Assembly (NCBI RefSeq): GCF_006345805.1 | Contig: NC_043015.1 | Location: 28,706,001 to 28,770,000, forward strand | DNA length: 64,000 nucleotides | Reading direction: 5' to 3' | From: Octopus sinensis | Taxonomy: Eukaryota | Shown here: one piece after another, positions 59,407 to 64,000 of the stretch | Position numbering within the stretch: position 1 is the first letter of the stretch | How the letters are laid out: the number at the start of each line of letters is the position of its first letter | Notes under the pieces: generated by a model | Databases searched by the model: none | Seen by the model: the letters and a program-made list of their open reading frames with translations, nothing else | What the model was told of the DNA's origin: nothing | Program-made: the position numbers and the translations under genes

Positions 59407-62013
59407 GTAAGTAAGGCGGGGTGGGTAATTGTTTTACATGATATTCAGGCTCAGGTATGGCTATGTACTTAAGAAGCTTTATTTCCCAACTGTGGGTTCA
59501 GTCCCACTGTGTGGCACCTTGGGCAGGTGTCTTCTACAATAGTCCTGGGTTGAAAAAAGCCATCTGAGTGGATTTGGTGGACAAAAACTGAAAGAAGCCT
59601 GTTGTGTATATGTATATATGCATGTGTGTGTGTGCTCTCATTATGATTGTTGTAAATGAACAGATCATTATCATCTCGTTTAGCGTCCGCTTTCCATGCT
59701 AGCATGGGTTGGACGGTTCAACTGGGGTCTGGGAAGCCAGAAGGCTGCACCAGGCCCAGTCTGATCTGGCAATGTCTCTACAGCTGGATGCCCTTCCTAA
59801 TGCCAACCACTCCGTGAGTGTAGTGGGTGCTTTTTACGTGCCAGATGAGGCTGGCAAACGGCCACGATCGGATGGTGCTTTTTACGTGCCACCAGCACGG
59901 GGGCCAGGCGAGGCTGGCAAACGGCCACGATCGGATGGTGCTTTTTACGTACCACCAGCACGGGGGCCAGGCGAGGCTGGCAAACCGCCACGATCGGATG
60001 GTGCTTTTTACGTGCCACCAGCACGGGGGCCAGGCGAGGCTGGCAAACGGCCACGATCGGATTGGTGCATTTTACGTGCCACCGGCACGGGGGCCAGGCG
60101 AGGCTGGCAATGTACACACATACATACACACACATGATGAGCTTTCAGTTGCTGTCTACCAAATCCATTCACAAAGCTTTAGTTGACCCAGGACTATAGT
60201 AGAAAACCCTTGGTCAGGGTTCTGTACAATGGAACTGAACCCAAGACCATATGTTTGGGATGCAAGCTTTTCGACCCCATAGCTATGTGGGATCTGTACC
60301 TTACGAAAAGTCTTGCTTGTGCTGGCTGGGAATATCAGTGATAACTGGAAGAGGGCTAAACCTGCAATGGGCTGACATCCTATCCAGAGGAGAGACTCTT
60401 GTATTCTTGGTCACTGAAATCAGAGTGGGTTCCAGTCAAATCAGTTTGTATACTTGAAAATAAAATGAAAGAAAAAAATGTCTGTCACTGTCTATTTGGA
60501 TGAGATTATAGACAAAATCCCATTGCACATAGTTGAACACTACCTCTTGATCCTTGGGCACTTTTTTCTTTTTTTAGCAGAGTCTGTTATGTTGTAAGCA
60601 TTCAGGTCAAGAATATGCCCCTCCCTCCCTTCCTACCTACAAGTCTTGGAGGCCTTGTACAAGGCCATAGATACTGCCCCTATTTTCTAAGCAAGTAAAA
60701 TTTATTTTAAACTGGTCTTTGGAACATGACTCGCCAAAAGATTTGTGTCTTGAGAGTCATTGCACTAATAATAATAACATGCCTTGTTATGCACCGCTGG
60801 TCACAATGCATTTTCTTGCATTATTGTAGCTTTCAAGTGATGCAACCCTGCTGTATATCAACACCTGATAGTCTGGTTGATACAATCATCATCATCGTTT
60901 AACGTCTGCTTTCCATGCTGGCATGGGTTGGAGGGTTTGACAGGAGCTGGCCAAGCCAAAGACTGCACCAGACTGCTGGTGTCTGTTTTGGCACAGTTTT
61001 TTACAGCTGGATGCCCTTCCAAATGCCAGTGTAGACTGGAGCAGAGTGGGCTGCGTGCTTTTTATATGGCATGAGCACATGCGAGGTCAGTTTTGGCTTG
61101 GTTTTTACATCTGGATGCCCTTCCAAATGCCAGTGTAGATTGGAGCAGAGAGGACTGAGTGCTTTTTATATGGCATGAGCACATGCGAGGTCAGTTTTGG
61201 AGTGGTTTTTACAGCTGAATGCTTTGTACATGGCACCAGTACTGGCAGGGTCACCAAGTAACTTACAAGGCAAAGATTCTTTGAAAGGGGAGGGGGTGAT
61301 CTTGTGTCAAATGATGAAAGATTAAAGTGTGACAGAGAGACAAAGAGGCAAAAACAGGTGTCTTGTAGAGGAGGTACATACCCAGTCAGAGAGAGAGAGA
61401 GAGTGATCGAGAATGAGAATAAACAGGTGTGCTGCTGTAAAGGAGATACATAGTTACCTGGCCTATGCTTTGTGGTGTTGAAATAATTCCAAAAGTTTAA
61501 CTCTTTAGTGTTCGCATTATATATGTCTGTTGTATATATGTAGCCTGTCATATATATATGTATATATATATATATATGTGTGTGTGTTTGTGTGTCTCCC
61601 TAGCATTGCTTGACAACCGATGCTGGTGTGTTTACGTCCCCGTCACTTAGCGGTTCAGCAAAAGAGACCAATAGAATAAGTACTGGGCTTACAAAGAATA
61701 AGTCCCGGGGTCGATTTGCTCGACTAAAAGGCGGTGCTCCAGCATGGCCGCAGTCAAATGACTGAAACAAGTAAAAGAGTAGAGAGATTATTCTGCCAAA
61801 ATTAATGCCTCTTCATCCACATTGTTTTGAACTAATCATTCATTAATCTTGAAGCTATGAGATTTTGATGAGGAAGCTGCTAATATTTAAAATGATATTG
61901 TAGGGTTGGTGTGTGAGACCAGATCTGGCCAGTTTGACCATAAAACAGGCAGAATACTTTTGGCCGGTTTAAATGCTAAAGGTTTAATGAAGAGTTTATA
62001 TTATTCATTCCAG

Positions 62014-62112
62014 TTATATTGGTGAAAACAAACAGCTTGAAGTTCTGAATATGTGTATGACCAGAGGAATCACAGATAATGGCCTCATGCCTATTGCTTC
62101 CAACTGTAGAAA
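62014..62112 (+). CDS. SKP2: SKP2-like exon 8, LRR (YIGENKQLEVLNMCMTRGIT...SNCR)
   Basis: TTCCAG/GTAAGT, phases 2/2. Confidence 0.88.
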
Positions 62113-63534
62113 GTAAGTCAGTTCACCATTTATTATTTTTGAGTCTTCTATCATTACTGCAGTGATTTTTTTTTCCTATCTTCATTATTTGTGTCGTTAT
62201 CACCAAGTGTGGCTGTGTGGTTAAGATGTTCGCTCTACATCCACATATAGGCACAGGAGTGGCTGTGTGGTAAGTAGCTTGTTTACCAACCACATGGTTC
62301 CGGGTTCAGTCCCACTGCGTGGCACCTTGGGCAAGTGTCTTCTCCTATAGCCTCAGGTCGACCAATGCCTTGTGAGTGGATTTGGTGGACGGAAACTGAA
62401 AGAAGCCCGTCGTATATATGTATATGTATATATATGCGTGTGTGTGTTTATGTGTCTGTGTTTGTCCCCTAGCATTGCTTGACAACCGATGCTTGTGTGT
62501 TTATGTCCCCGTTACTTAGCGGTTCGGTAAAAGAGACCGATAGAATAAGTACTGGGCTTACAAAAGAATAAGTCCCGGGGTCGAGTTGCTCGATTAAAGG
62601 CAGTGCTCCAGCATGGCCGCAGTCAAATGACTGAAACAAGTAAAAGAGTATAGTTAAAAGTTCAATTCCACTGCATGGAACCTAGGGCAAGCCTCTACCT
62701 TAGCTCTAGGTGGACCAAAGCCATCATCATCATCATCATCCTTTAACATCTGTTTTCCATGCTGGCATGGGTTGGACGATTTGACCAGAGCTGGCAAACT
62801 ACACCAAGTTCTGGTCTGATTTGGCTTGGTTTCTATGGCTGGACGCCCTTCCTAATGCCAACACACTTTACAGTGTGTGCTAGATGGTACCAGTACAAAT
62901 GCTTTTAAATAGTGCTCGCATGAGAAAGCATATGGCCAGTACGGGGCACAAATCCATGGCATTCACGTTATCAGCGAATGGATTTAGTAAATGGAAACTG
63001 AATGAAGCCCATCGTGTGTGTGTGTGAAATTGTGAGTGAGTGTATGTATGCTTGTGTCTCTGTCTTGACATATGATTGTTGTAAACGATTGTCATTATCA
63101 TACAAACTGTGTGGTCAGATATGTTTTTCACACTGGAATCGAACTGCATCACTTGCACGATGGTAATGCTTGTTTACAATCATCACGTAGTATGAAGACA
63201 CAGGTACACACACACACACACACACACACAAACATATATATACATACATATATATGACGGGCTTCTTTCAGTTTCCGTCTACCAAATCCACTCACAAGGC
63301 TATAGTAGAAGACACTTGCCCAAGGTGCCATGCAGTGGGACTGAACCTGGAACCATGGGGTTCGTAAGCAAGCTACTTACCACACAGCCACTCCTACGCC
63401 TATGCTCGAAATGTTCAAAAACCTACTCTTTTTTTACCACCTTTACCGAGCATCAAACTAGTAAATTCCGTGTGTATGGCCTTGTTCTTTTGTTATTATC
63501 ATTTTTAATGTTTGATTGTTCAACTTTTAACATT

Positions 63535-63895
63535 CGATTTGACTGGGCATGGATTCACTGAAGCTCCGGCGTCTGGCTACGGACTTGGTAAACACCCACA
63601 AAGTTATCAACCACCTCACCAACAACAACACTGAACACCTTTTTGATTTCCATGTGTCTAACTCACGTGGACATGCCTACAAAGTCAGAAAACAACACAG
63701 CTCCCATGACTTTCAGAAACATTTTTCCACGCTCAGAGTTGCTGAAGCATGGAACAAACTGCCTGCGTCAGTTGTTGACTGCCATGACACTGCATCCTTT
63801 AAGGCCCTCATGCTTTCCGAAATCCGCCGAAACTACACCTGATTATACATACACTTTAGATGAGTTGTAGTGCACCTGAGCACTGTACACAATTA
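63535..63895 (+). mobile_element. CR1/L2-type LINE 3' end
   Basis: LGMDSLKLRRL...SRGHAYKVRKQ...FSTLRVAEAWNKLPASVV* then GATGAGTTGTAGTGCACCTGAGCACT and an (ATT)n tail; the same tail alone is at 37170-37260 and 33950-34020(-). Confidence 0.85.
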
Positions 63896-63939
63896 TTATT
63901 ATTTTTTTTATTTTACGATATATGCTGTTTCTTTTTCAG

Positions 63940-64000
63940 ACTGGAATCTTTAAATCTTGCGTGGACAGGACTCGAACAACACAGCCTTATGTATCTTAGC
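63940..64000 (+). CDS. SKP2: SKP2-like exon 9, LRR (LESLNLAWTG...), truncated by window end
   Basis: TTTCAG acceptor, phase 2; parallels human LDELNLSWC. Confidence 0.85.

Larger units (their letters stand above)
58323..62880. mobile_element. Intronic SINE copies: A (58323-58728-, 61575-61785+, 62228-62650+), C (58885-59100-, 59670-60110-, 60890-61250-, 62720-62880-)
   Basis: Family-diagnostic sequences interspersed around exons 7-8. Confidence 0.75.

Overview
AT-rich, microsatellite- and SINE-dense animal genomic DNA. The repeat families look like those I recall from coleoid cephalopods (Octopus); this is inference, not verified. Left half (1-30.4 kb): a cluster of intracellular (no signal peptide, clade-B/leukocyte-elastase-inhibitor-like) serpins with single-exon CDSs. 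It holds three intact genes (14968+, 22616+, 29268-), one young pseudogene (1450+), one older inverted pseudogene (17-904-) and one internally deleted copy that keeps only the reactive centre loop (RCL) to C-terminus (4392-4567+). The genes at 14968 and 22616 lie in a ~7.45 kb tandem duplication whose junction is a hybrid SINE. The paralogs are near-identical except at three hypervariable patches. Predicted P1 residues are Tyr, Leu, Ala and Met, and shared substitutions switch partners along the gene, pointing to gene conversion that includes an RCL-tract swap. Right half (42.8-64 kb): a spliced SKP2-like F-box/LRR gene with nine frame-consistent exons running off the window end, an N-terminal KEN box, and ETS/E2F motifs at its 5' end. 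The rest is TE debris (Merlin, mariner, pogo-like, piggyBac-like, Helitron-like, CR1, REL-type LINE, at least five SINE families), including a tRNA-headed SINE with a degenerate Penelope-type hammerhead ribozyme and several unusual palindromes. All coordinates and alignments were read by eye; no searches were run.
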